A DNA stretch of 64,000 nt from Stramenopiles sp. TOSAG23-2 (taxonomy: Eukaryota). The notes below the pieces were generated by a model, which worked only from the letters and a program-made list of their open reading frames with translations, had not been told where the DNA came from and made no database searches. The position numbers and the translations under genes are program-made. Position 1 is the stretch's first letter; every line of letters starts with the position of its first letter. The stretch is from the NCBI GenBank assembly GCA_900128395.1, contig LT649235.1, positions 1 through 64,000 of the forward strand. Reading direction: 5' to 3'. This document shows, piece after piece, positions 1 through 10,145 of the stretch.

Positions 1-216
1 TGTTTTCTGTTTTTCATTTCCTATCATATTTATACTTAATGTAGTCCTTTTCATATACTAAGTAGATTTGTAGTGTTTGATATATTTGATAGGTCAGATT
101 AGGTATTTGTTGTACTTGAGAGGGCTTGAGCAAAAAAAATATTATTTGCAATACATCAGTATTATTGAAATTATATAATACTAAGAAATGATCGGAAAAG
201 TATAATAAAAATATTT

Positions 217-3200
217 TTAGTTACGATTTGTGATAGCTTCGCGGATCATTTCCGTAAGCGCGTCTGCATGCGACATGTTTTGAAACTCTAGCCATGTGGC
301 ATGATTTTGTAACAACATATTAAAAAAAGATGCACGATGCCGTACCTGTGCTTCCAACTGTGCTGCTTTCCCGTAGATAGTTGCACCAAGATCATTGAAT
401 TCGTGAGAATATTTAATAAATAACGAGGCAATTTGACCAGCTGTATTTCGACTCGGTATATATCGTACTTGCATATAAGACGACAAAGTTGCCTCTAATC
501 GCAATCCATGCGCATTTGCAAATTCAATAGCTTGATCGAATTTCGTCCTAGCTTTACCAAAACGACCAGATAGGGCATGAAATACACCTGACAAACGCTT
601 GTACGAAGAGCTTAAAACAGGATATACTTTCGTGGCGTCACTAAGTCGTTTTAAATAAATGTAAATTTTATCTGGAAAAGCCGTTTCTGTGGAAGCAAGT
701 GGGTATATTTTACACAAATATTTTTCTGCATTTGGCACCAAAAATCCAACTCCAAATAAAAAGCGTAGCCTCATGTCAGCCAATATCTCCTTTTGTTTAA
801 CAGTCGTGTTACCATGTTTGAAATTACGACGAAAATTCGTCATGAGCATGGCCTCCCAAATGCCCAAACACATTTCTAAAACTTGACAAAATGCTAATCC
901 AGAATTATACGAGTCAATATAAACGATTTTATTTAAAACAGTATCTATCTGTTTGCGACTTAATTTACGAATGTTCCTGGGAGATCTATAAAGCTGCAGT
1001 AGTAACAGCACTTCTACACTTACTAATTTACTTCCAGCTAAAATTTTAACAGCTTTGGAAGAAAACGATCCAAGAAATTCACTACATATTCCAATTGAGA
1101 CATAAAAATCTAAATCTTTCTCAAGCATGAAGAACAAGCAACGTGCCCTTCCAACCTCATTCCAAACATGTTCGAAAGTTTTTACATCCGTTATTTTGCT
1201 CAATGCATCTTGAAAGCAACTCAACGCCGCGTTAATATTACCACTAAAATAAACACTGTCACCTTCAAGTCTCCTGGCAGCCATATACCCGGCAGTATCA
1301 CCCAAACCAAGAGAGACAGTAGCGGATTGTTGTGTAATAGGTATGCAATTTCCTAAATCCGCATTGCACAAATTCAATTCACATTGTAAACGCTGGAGTA
1401 GCGCCGTTGCCGGTGGATCATATACTTTTTTTGAAACTGCAACTGCTGCTTCAATATATTTTGAAGACAACTTTCTATTTCTTAGATAAAAATGCAAGTA
1501 GTGACTTGCAATGCCAAAGCTACGAGCTAGCAAAGCAGATGCTCCTTTAGGGATCAAGCTTAACTCAATAGCCTTTAATACCATAGATATCCCTATTGCT
1601 GGGGAATCAATAGTTAGATAGTGCTGGGCTAAAGATAGAAAAGTAAGCCCAGATTCGAACAGTAGGTAAAACGATGCATTTTTTTCAGGTAAATTCGTTT
1701 CTCGATCCATTTGACTCCACTTCTTAAATAACTTTTCAAATTGCAACGTGGCATCATTTTTCCCAGTGTTTTGCAAACTGTTTGGATCGATATCACACAT
1801 GATCAATGCTTCATTTAACATAGGATAGGCATCACCTACTCGACCTAGTTTTAAATAGATCTCACCAAGTTCTCGCCTTATATGTACCAACATTCTTCTT
1901 TCCGCCTCTGCATCGATTGCCCCATCTTCACCCACTTGTATTTTCGCAGCTGCCTTCTCTTTATAATCAATAGAGCTTACTATAAATAAGATTTCTTTGC
2001 TAGTTTCTATAACATTGACATAGCGATACAGCCTTTTATATATTTCCAAAGCCTTTGACAAATACAATATTGCGTTTTTATAACTCAAAGCGCGTTCATA
2101 GTGCATGCCCACAATTGAAAAATTATGTGCCTTTCCATATTGATCTAATTTCGATTCAGAAAATGATGATTTTGCAACAACGGACTCCGATCGACGACCC
2201 GTTCGTTGAGCTGAATATTCGTTTTTGCCACGGCGCCGAGTAAAGATTAACGAGTGACCGTTACGATAGTAGTTTGCTACGACACCATGAATTCTCCTAC
2301 GAGCAGTAAAACTAGCTTTACCATACATGACCTCTTGTAATTCCCATCTGCAAAAAGAATATACGCTGGTAGATACGTCCTTACGTTCTAATTTGCTTGT
2401 TACATTGATGATAAGACGTTTTTTTATTAAAGTTAAAAGTACTTTGCCAATTACATCATTATCACGAACATTTACCGTATTGTTTTCTAGACCATTCGTC
2501 TTTGTATCTACTATTTTGTTCGCTAAGTTGTTATCATCCGGATTTGCCAGCTGTTTACGTGTCTCCTCGTAAACATGCCTAATATCTGCAGTTGTGAATG
2601 TGTCATTACCAAGTCCAATGACACTAGCAATCGTTAAAATCCATAGACAGTCTGAATCCAACCGGTCGATAATCTCTTGATACATGCTCTTCATCGTGTC
2701 TGGCAATGGAACAGAAAATGAGCTTTCATCAACCACTACTTCATTAAATTTAAACGTCCCATCCTCTTCAATCAGTGTTGCCGATGAAACCAAAGCTTCA
2801 ACAACTTCTTCTATGTATAATGCATTTCCACCAGTCCTGTTATATATTTTACTGGTCAAACCTTTTGGTGCAGAGGCATTTAAGTAATTAACAATCAATT
2901 CTTTCGTAGCTGCCTTATCGAACAAAGGCAATTCAAAGCGCATAATGCCTTTAATGGAAAAATCTACGAAAAAGCTGCTCTTCTTCCCCCTTTCTTTCAG
3001 ATGCTTCCCCGATGACGAATTTTTATCAGAGTGTACAGCCAGCTCTTCCCTCAATGTAACAATAATCAACAACGGCCATTTATTCGTCCTATTATCAGAT
3101 ACCATTCTCCGCAAAAAATTTATGCTACTAGGATCGCAATGATCAGCATGAGAAATATATAAAAAAGTCATAGTTGCAGACGTTGTCATTACATACAATT

Positions 3201-6200
3201 CGATTAAAGACATTAGAAAGTCCAATTTCTCTTCATCGCTTAATTGCCCTCGCAAAGTAGCACGACCTTTATTCCCACGACCATGCGTATCTAGATTATG
3301 ATTTTTTCCTTCACCATCCTTATTCAAAATAATTTCTTGCAAGCATTCTCGCCTTGTTAATATCAACGGAACCAGATATTTAAAATCACCTTCAAGATCC
3401 CACGGCGATTGTGGATTTTTGCTTTGCAAATGGAATCCCATATTATTAAAATGATTTATGATAGATCCAAAAAATGATTGTAAAGCACCATATGGACGTT
3501 GGATTTCTAGCTTGTCAGCAACAATACGAAATATTTTGATGTTTTTCGCTAATAACTGGTTGCAAGTTTCTAAAAACTCGCTAACAAGCCTTGATTTTCC
3601 AACTCCAGGATCACCTTTGATCACTACCATACGCTCTCCACTAGTGCGTGACACTATCGGTTCAACGAGGCTATTGAGCAAATCCAATTCTTTTTCACGC
3701 GAGACAAAAGGTGTTTTAGATGATCGACCATAACATCGTAAAGATCGTATACATAAAGGAGAGTAAACATTCAAAGGCTCACTTTTTCCTTTGACGGTAA
3801 TTGGTTTCAATCGCATAAAACGAAATTTAGAAGCAGTCGCTCTGTACGTAGCTTGATCGCATAAAATAGATATTTTTTCATACAGCTTCTCATTTATCTT
3901 CGATGTTGCAACCATCAATCGGGCTGACATATTAACAATGTCCCCGATAACGGCATATTCGCATCTCCGATCATTCCCAACTTCTGCAGCGAATACAGTG
4001 CCTGTAGTAATTCCAACTTTAGCATGAATGTCCATCTCCTCAAGACGTTTGACAATGTTTAGTGCACATTTAATTGCTAAGTATGGATCATTGTCATGTG
4101 CTGGATACAACCCAAAAACACCAATCAATGTGGTCCCTTTATCATCCATTATAAATTGTCGAACAGACCCTTCTAATAAGTATATTTCTTCTTGCATAAT
4201 GACCAAGGAGGATTGCAGAGTTTCTAATATAATGGTCTTATTTGCACTGTAATCGATACCAGGCAAATTAATAAAAAGGACAGAACCGGTACGAAACTCA
4301 AACAACCTAGATTTGTCATATTTTACCACAGTAGTGTTGCCTCCATACGATGACGTTTCAAAGGCCTCCAAATGCAATTTTGTTAATATATCTCTAATTG
4401 TACCTGGGACATAATTTAGAAGGCGACTCGCTAATTTCAATGGCAGATCCAAATCACGATCACCCTGTATCTTATAATGTCGCTCCTCTTGCCAGGTTTG
4501 CCAGCGCCGTCTACAAGGATATTTCACAGGCAACGCTTTCGTACCGACAATGATGTGTACAGCAGTGCTATCACCAATAGGCATATTTCCATCCAAGTCA
4601 CTGCCTCGATTCATTGATTGTAAAGTTGGATGGCCTACACAATATTTCCCAACGCGTTCCCACACTTCACCGCTAACGCAAAGGTCTCCCGCCTCTGCTT
4701 CTTCCTCAGCATGTGACATCTGTACCAAAGCTTCTCCAGCCATGACAAATTCCCAGCGATCTAAAACGCCTCCAACATGCATGAAAAGTGTCTTTCCAAC
4801 GCCAACACCTATATGAAGACGTAAACCTTCAAACTTATCCAGTAAACGTACCATTTGAAGACATGTATGCACAGCTGCAAACGTTGAGTCGCTGCATTTG
4901 TTTGAGGTTTTTTCTTTGTTATGACTTTGAGGTCTACCTTTGCCTGAATTGCTTTTACTGCCATCCATATATTCTTCTTCATCATCATCATCATCTAAAC
5001 TATCTACCGCACTTTCAGATAATGCTGAAGAAACTCTTTTTATACCGACAAACTTTCCGCGATTTATTCTTTTCAGATCTGCATCTGGCTCTGTTGCCAT
5101 GTCTATCATAGCCGTAGAATGTCTAGAATGCGTGGAATTATTTAAAAGCGCCATTTCTGGGCCAGACATTTTTTTCCTCGATGATATTTGTTTATCAGAA
5201 TCTGATTTAGTACGTCCTTTCGCTTTTCGTTGTGTTTCTGATTTAGATTTACCGTCCATTCCAGCTTTCTTTTTCATAACTTCATTTGCTGATCCTCTAT
5301 TTACACCACCTTTAGATTTGTTCTTATAACTAAAACCCTTCGATAATTTGCTAGTACCAGAATTATTTATTGAGCGTAATCCGGAACCCATGTGTTTCAA
5401 AAACCCACTAACAGTAGCAGTATTACTTCTCTTTTTTATTTCTTTACTTACTAGTGCATGTTGACGCTTTAAATCTAATGTCTGTTTTGAAGGAGCTGAT
5501 ATCAATATACGATTTGATGCATTGTTGTTATTGCCAACATTTGTAAATCTGTACAAATTTCTATTACTTTCGAAGCTGGATAGATTATTATGCTTCCCTG
5601 TTAATTGTACAATTAAACCGGTAGTAAGCATCATGTTTCCTGTCGCCAATGCTTCTTTTAATTCGCCACAATGCTTCTCTTTCAAAAGCCAGATGACTGC
5701 ATCTTCCCCTACAAAGCAATTGGTATAATATTTAAAAAATGTTTTGCGATCCCCACGCCGATTTTTTACTTCTATGCCCTCTTGCATGCTTCCGACTAAC
5801 TCTTTTAATTTACTCGTGACATTACTATTAATACGATCTTTAGTTTGCAAACGTAGCAATTTCCCTTGTTCCTCTTCACGTCTTATTGCACTAACAGCAT
5901 CACCCATTCCATCTAGCTCTCCCCTAAAATATAGACCATACCGTTGTTGCACCACTTTTAAATACTGCTCTGGTGATAATTTACCGCGCTCCAGCTCTTC
6001 ACGTATCATTGCAATAAAATCAGTAACTTCAGGCCCAACATTTCTAACTTCAGGATTTGTAATTTTATTTTGAAAACCATCAAGCGAGGAATTAAAGCTG
6101 CGTTTGCTTTCACTGCTACTTCTATAATCAGGTATTTGACTATCAAATGAACCGCTGTTTGAGATACGATCAGACATTGAAGTTAATGCCCGATTACGAA

Positions 6201-7302
6201 TTGTTTTGTCTTTCATTTTTTTATCATCAAGTGTATCTCTAAATTTTTTCATTTGTGATCGCCAATCTTCACTATTACTATCACTTTTTCGAGTCTTTCC
6301 ATCTTCATCTTCTCGAACAATGTTTAATGGATTCAACGATGCAAACGAATTCCGTCTAGTCATAGTTACATGAACGCTACTTCTTCTTCTCCGCATAACT
6401 CGTGTAGGTGATGGGTTCCTCCCTTCAGCATCCTTATCGACAACACTTCGACTAGGTTGCCTGCTCAAACTTTTGAGCTTACTTTTACTTCTTCCCATCA
6501 CGCTACTAATGTTATTCTTCCTACTTGTATTATTCTCATTAATATCTTTATTTGCATTTTTATTTTCTCGCCATACAACAAGTAATGCATCGCCAGCAAA
6601 TTTAATGACATCCCCACCTCCAGCATATATCATATCTATCATTCTACCAAAATATTTATTTAGCCTTGATGACAATATTTCGGTACCACTCCCATCAGGT
6701 CGTTTCGCAAGTTTCTCTGCAAGTTTAGTAAAACCAGATATATCCGCAAGAACAACAGTACAGTTATCTTCTATTGTTACTTTCCCACGCTGTTCTGCTT
6801 TTTCCTGCATTTCATGCAATGTTATCGACGCTCGTAATCTTAAGCTCTTGCGTCTGATATTTAAAGATGACTTTCTAAGATGGTGCGGACTGCCAGTAAT
6901 GTTTTGCAACGACGCTTTCTTCCCCATTATTTGTTCTTTATACACAACTTCTCTTACAATACGCTGCATTACAACTTCTGGAACATATCGTTCAAACATT
7001 TTCACCGCGCTCCATCCTGCTAGATGCTTTATCACCAAATCTGTTTGTGCACGTCTTTTCAAATGTCTCTCTTCACTCACATTCCTAGAATGCTTTTTTA
7101 TTCGTATATCGTCTTTAATACTATTATTCTCACTACGGTTCGTGTCCGTATCCTCCTCCTCGTTGTCGTCTATTAATGTTATATCTAAATCCTCCAGATA
7201 TGACGATATATTATTATGAGTGGATTTTCTTTTCTCATCTTTTAAAGATCTTCTTCTACGATCCACCCAGCTTTCTCCTATATCATCATCAACTTCCTCC
7301 AT
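217..7302 (-). CDS. ADCY10: Soluble adenylyl cyclase type 10-like protein (two class III cyclase domains, DEP insert, STAND P-loop NTPase, helical/TPR-like C-terminus), 2361 aa
   Basis: C1 motifs VLADISGFTKLAE and DVIKFAGDAL, resuming at LHIGVGVG...HVGGVLDRWEFVMAG. C2 motifs QFIMDDKG, GITTG, RCEYAVIGDIVNMSARLM and VKGK. Then FVSREKE, Walker A GDPGVGKS and TGGNALY. Confidence 0.88.
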   Translation of the reverse strand: MEEVDDDIGESWVDRRRRSLKDEKRKSTHNNISSYLEDLDITLIDDNEEEDTDTNRSENNSIKDDIRIKKHSRNVSEERHLKRRAQTDLVIKHLAGWSAVKMFERYVPEVVMQRIVREVVYKEQIMGKKASLQNITGSPHHLRKSSLNIRRKSLRLRASITLHEMQEKAEQRGKVTIEDNCTVVLADISGFTKLAEKLAKRPDGSGTEILSSRLNKYFGRMIDMIYAGGGDVIKFAGDALLVVWRENKNANKDINENNTSRKNNISSVMGRSKSKLKSLSRQPSRSVVDKDAEGRNPSPTRVMRRRRSSVHVTMTRRNSFASLNPLNIVREDEDGKTRKSDSNSEDWRSQMKKFRDTLDDKKMKDKTIRNRALTSMSDRISNSGSFDSQIPDYRSSSESKRSFNSSLDGFQNKITNPEVRNVGPEVTDFIAMIREELERGKLSPEQYLKVVQQRYGLYFRGELDGMGDAVSAIRREEEQGKLLRLQTKDRINSNVTSKLKELVGSMQEGIEVKNRRGDRKTFFKYYTNCFVGEDAVIWLLKEKHCGELKEALATGNMMLTTGLIVQLTGKHNNLSSFESNRNLYRFTNVGNNNNASNRILISAPSKQTLDLKRQHALVSKEIKKRSNTATVSGFLKHMGSGLRSINNSGTSKLSKGFSYKNKSKGGVNRGSANEVMKKKAGMDGKSKSETQRKAKGRTKSDSDKQISSRKKMSGPEMALLNNSTHSRHSTAMIDMATEPDADLKRINRGKFVGIKRVSSALSESAVDSLDDDDDEEEYMDGSKSNSGKGRPQSHNKEKTSNKCSDSTFAAVHTCLQMVRLLDKFEGLRLHIGVGVGKTLFMHVGGVLDRWEFVMAGEALVQMSHAEEEAEAGDLCVSGEVWERVGKYCVGHPTLQSMNRGSDLDGNMPIGDSTAVHIIVGTKALPVKYPCRRRWQTWQEERHYKIQGDRDLDLPLKLASRLLNYVPGTIRDILTKLHLEAFETSSYGGNTTVVKYDKSRLFEFRTGSVLFINLPGIDYSANKTIILETLQSSLVIMQEEIYLLEGSVRQFIMDDKGTTLIGVFGLYPAHDNDPYLAIKCALNIVKRLEEMDIHAKVGITTGTVFAAEVGNDRRCEYAVIGDIVNMSARLMVATSKINEKLYEKISILCDQATYRATASKFRFMRLKPITVKGKSEPLNVYSPLCIRSLRCYGRSSKTPFVSREKELDLLNSLVEPIVSRTSGERMVVIKGDPGVGKSRLVSEFLETCNQLLAKNIKIFRIVADKLEIQRPYGALQSFFGSIINHFNNMGFHLQSKNPQSPWDLEGDFKYLVPLILTRRECLQEIILNKDGEGKNHNLDTHGRGNKGRATLRGQLSDEEKLDFLMSLIELYVMTTSATMTFLYISHADHCDPSSINFLRRMVSDNRTNKWPLLIIVTLREELAVHSDKNSSSGKHLKERGKKSSFFVDFSIKGIMRFELPLFDKAATKELIVNYLNASAPKGLTSKIYNRTGGNALYIEEVVEALVSSATLIEEDGTFKFNEVVVDESSFSVPLPDTMKSMYQEIIDRLDSDCLWILTIASVIGLGNDTFTTADIRHVYEETRKQLANPDDNNLANKIVDTKTNGLENNTVNVRDNDVIGKVLLTLIKKRLIINVTSKLERKDVSTSVYSFCRWELQEVMYGKASFTARRRIHGVVANYYRNGHSLIFTRRRGKNEYSAQRTGRRSESVVAKSSFSESKLDQYGKAHNFSIVGMHYERALSYKNAILYLSKALEIYKRLYRYVNVIETSKEILFIVSSIDYKEKAAAKIQVGEDGAIDAEAERRMLVHIRRELGEIYLKLGRVGDAYPMLNEALIMCDIDPNSLQNTGKNDATLQFEKLFKKWSQMDRETNLPEKNASFYLLFESGLTFLSLAQHYLTIDSPAIGISMVLKAIELSLIPKGASALLARSFGIASHYLHFYLRNRKLSSKYIEAAVAVSKKVYDPPATALLQRLQCELNLCNADLGNCIPITQQSATVSLGLGDTAGYMAARRLEGDSVYFSGNINAALSCFQDALSKITDVKTFEHVWNEVGRARCLFFMLEKDLDFYVSIGICSEFLGSFSSKAVKILAGSKLVSVEVLLLLQLYRSPRNIRKLSRKQIDTVLNKIVYIDSYNSGLAFCQVLEMCLGIWEAMLMTNFRRNFKHGNTTVKQKEILADMRLRFLFGVGFLVPNAEKYLCKIYPLASTETAFPDKIYIYLKRLSDATKVYPVLSSSYKRLSGVFHALSGRFGKARTKFDQAIEFANAHGLRLEATLSSYMQVRYIPSRNTAGQIASLFIKYSHEFNDLGATIYGKAAQLEAQVRHRASFFNMLLQNHATWLEFQNMSHADALTEMIREAITNRN

Positions 7303-8235
7303 GCTTCACTTATATCCTGCACTATGTTTGTGGAGCGAAGCGTATATATGTGTTTTTTGATCATTCATTTGCAATAAAATAGGACGATTCTTGTTTGATA
7401 TTTTAATTATTATTGGATTATTCAGATTTTTTATTATTATGGCATCTGTAATCTGGTAATGACTACTATATTATATCGTACCACGTCATCATGGTTTCGC
7501 CAGTGTTCGGCATTTGTGCATCACTTAACAAAAAATAGCTTAAGTGTTAGACTATGCCACTATTATTTATACTATTACAGTACTATATATGCTACGTACT
7601 TTTGGGCTAGCATGAACATAGCATTAAAAGCACAAAAACAGTTTTAAGTTACCAAACTGACTATTTCGAGTGGAATAGTAATTATAATATCCGATAATTA
7701 GTAATTATTGACTATTTCCAGAATGTTATTCTATGATTATTTTTAGATGATAAAAATTCCTGAAATGTTATTGATTTTATTAAGGCGGCCGCAAAAGTGC
7801 GAATGAGCTGATGCTCTGATGCTGGAATACCAGAATACCGGAATGTAAATACCGGAATGTATTATAATATTGTAATCTGGTAATCATCTGCTGGTAATAA
7901 CAACTTATAATATAAATAATAAGAAGAAAATTAACAAAAGCAAAAAATAATAAACCTATAGAATAAATAAATGATGATGATGATGGATGGAATTTCTGCT
8001 ACAGTATCCAGCTTCTATCCAGCTATCCAGCTATCCATGTGCCTATTGGAGTCTGTGAAGAAAGAACTTTTCGATACCCACAGAACTTTTTGTTTTTCGT
8101 TTGTTTCTTACACATAAATAGTTGATCAAAATCCGGACTCTGTTGTATAATTGTTCATATCATCTATTCTATATAATATAAATTAAATATTATTTCCTTA
8201 TAAAAAAAAGAATTATATAAATAAATTAATAAAAT

Positions 8236-9678
8236 ATGTTAAGAACAGCTGCAAAATGTATTATTCAACCACGTAATTTTGTTAAAAATAATAATAGTAA
8301 TAGTAAAAATTTTATACAACGCAACTATCATTTTTCACATAGGCAAGACGGGCGCTCAACAAATAATATACGATTGGGTGCAACTCAGCGTATAGCAATG
8401 CGTTTAAGTACTTTTCACCAAAGTACAAATGGGAGTGACGAATTTTTACCACTTGCAGGCATAACTTTAGTAGGTGCAGCATCTTTGTTTGGATATAACT
8501 ATACCAATAATACTTTGATGGAGGAAGAAGTCAAAATAGAAGAAACAAAAGGGGATAGTTCAAACGAGCCAACTAGAATGTATACTAGGAACGAAATTTT
8601 ATATAGCCAAGAGAGTAAAGATATACGTAATCTTGTTGATCAATTGCAAGAGCATTTTTTATTGACGTTAAACAATTACATTGACACAACAAAAAAAGAA
8701 GGTTGGAATGGAATAAAATGGGAAAGAGATCAAGGTGTTCATGGCGGTGGAATACGTTATCAACAAGTAAATTCAGAACTCTTTCATCGAGCCACTATCA
8801 ATGTTTCTGGAGTACATTACGAAGATAAGGAGAGATACCCAATAGACTCTGCGACGGCACTTTCTGTTATTTTGCATCCAAAAAATCCATATGCACCATC
8901 GATGCATTTTCATATAAGTTATGTTGAGACAAGAAGTGCTGAAAAAGAGAATTATTGGCGTATGATCGCTGATTTGAATCCAAGCATATCTAATGTAAAT
9001 GATACTGAAAAGTTTGAATCAAACTTTAAAACCATTAATCACATGACGCCAGAATTATTAGATGATGCTCTGGAATTTGGTAATATGTATTTTTACATTC
9101 CAGCATTAAAGCGACATCGCGGCACATCACATTTATTTATTGGAAATTTAAGTAGTCAAGATATGTCGAAAGAAAATGGAAAGGAATTAGCAGAGGATCT
9201 TGCAAAGAAAACTATTAAAAGATATGCTAATATTGTTAAAAATGCAATAGCAGCACATCCAAGCAATAGTTTAACAGTTACTGATTATGAACAACAGCTT
9301 TATTTCCATACAGTATATTTCTTTCAAGTATTAACATTAGATCGTGGTACTACACATGGTTTATTGGCACATAGTGATAATGATGTAGGTACATTAGGTT
9401 CTTTACCTAATTTTGTTGACAAAAAATTACTAAGTAAATGGAAAGAATTGATTGATAGTGACGTGCAGCAACAATTATTGCAACAAATTATTGATTTGCT
9501 ACCAGATGATGAAATAAAAAATGGGGTCAAAGGCAATGTAGTTGATGATAACTTGCGTAGTAAAATTGCTAATGTTGTACGGAAACACTATCGTGGAAAC
9601 AGAGGTGCTACATCGAAACAGGCAAATTTGAATTTAAAATGGTGGGAAGAGCAACGGAACAAAAGATTATCAAATTGA
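8236..9678 (+). CDS. hemF: Oxygen-dependent coproporphyrinogen III oxidase (HemF family, divergent type) with a mitochondrial-type presequence
   Basis: Motifs GGG, ATINVSGVH, SVILHPKNPYAPSMHF, YFYIPALKRHRG, LTLDRGT and GSLP. The N-terminus is basic and acid-poor and is followed by a hydrophobic stretch. Confidence 0.75.
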   Translation: MLRTAAKCIIQPRNFVKNNNSNSKNFIQRNYHFSHRQDGRSTNNIRLGATQRIAMRLSTFHQSTNGSDEFLPLAGITLVGAASLFGYNYTNNTLMEEEVKIEETKGDSSNEPTRMYTRNEILYSQESKDIRNLVDQLQEHFLLTLNNYIDTTKKEGWNGIKWERDQGVHGGGIRYQQVNSELFHRATINVSGVHYEDKERYPIDSATALSVILHPKNPYAPSMHFHISYVETRSAEKENYWRMIADLNPSISNVNDTEKFESNFKTINHMTPELLDDALEFGNMYFYIPALKRHRGTSHLFIGNLSSQDMSKENGKELAEDLAKKTIKRYANIVKNAIAAHPSNSLTVTDYEQQLYFHTVYFFQVLTLDRGTTHGLLAHSDNDVGTLGSLPNFVDKKLLSKWKELIDSDVQQQLLQQIIDLLPDDEIKNGVKGNVVDDNLRSKIANVVRKHYRGNRGATSKQANLNLKWWEEQRNKRLSN

Positions 9679-9717
9679 AAATACAAGTATATTTAATATT
9701 TTTTTTTATATTGATAT

Positions 9718-9804
9718 ATTTAATTAATGCATAATTTATTTTTTAATTTATATATGATATATATATATATATTTAATAAAAAATAAGTTATGCATTAATT
9801 AAAT
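9718..9804. repeat. AT-rich inverted repeat (28-bp arms, 1 mismatch)
   Basis: ATTTAATTAATGCATAATTTATTTTTTA (9718-9745) versus TAAAAAATAAGTTATGCATTAATTAAAT (9777-9804). Confidence 0.75.
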
Positions 9805-9983
9805 AAATTATATTTATAAAAATCATTTTTGATTTAAGATGTTAATGAACGGGAGTAAAAGAAATTTATATAATATATGAGTAAGAGAACATTTTATATA
9901 TGCATATTAAATATTATATTAAATATTATTATATAACTTTAGATTTTAACCATTATATATTAAATATTACGTAAAATTAATTA

Positions 9984-10080
9984 ATATATGCGACCCACCG
10001 CTGATAAGGGATACCCCTTATTAATATTATGGCCATTTTCCAAAATCATACGGATCTTATCAACAGTGGGTCATATATAT
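9984..10080. repeat. Imperfect inverted repeat (25-bp arms) lying between ~40-bp direct repeats
   Basis: ATATATGCGACCCACCGCTGATAAG versus CTTATCAACAGTGGGTCATATATAT. Flanking direct repeats AACGGGAGTAAAAGAA.TTTATATAA.ATATGAGTAAGAGAA at about 9848 and 10086. Confidence 0.75.
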
Positions 10081-10145
10081 ATATAAACGGGAGTAAAAGA
10101 ATTTTATATAACATATGAGTAAGAGAAAAACACATATATATTCTA

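Noticed and set aside
6473-7219. 248-aa plus-strand ORF (and the other short plus-strand ORFs within 217-7302)
   Set aside because: Antisense shadows of the cyclase CDS; non-ATG starts and S/L/F-rich composition.
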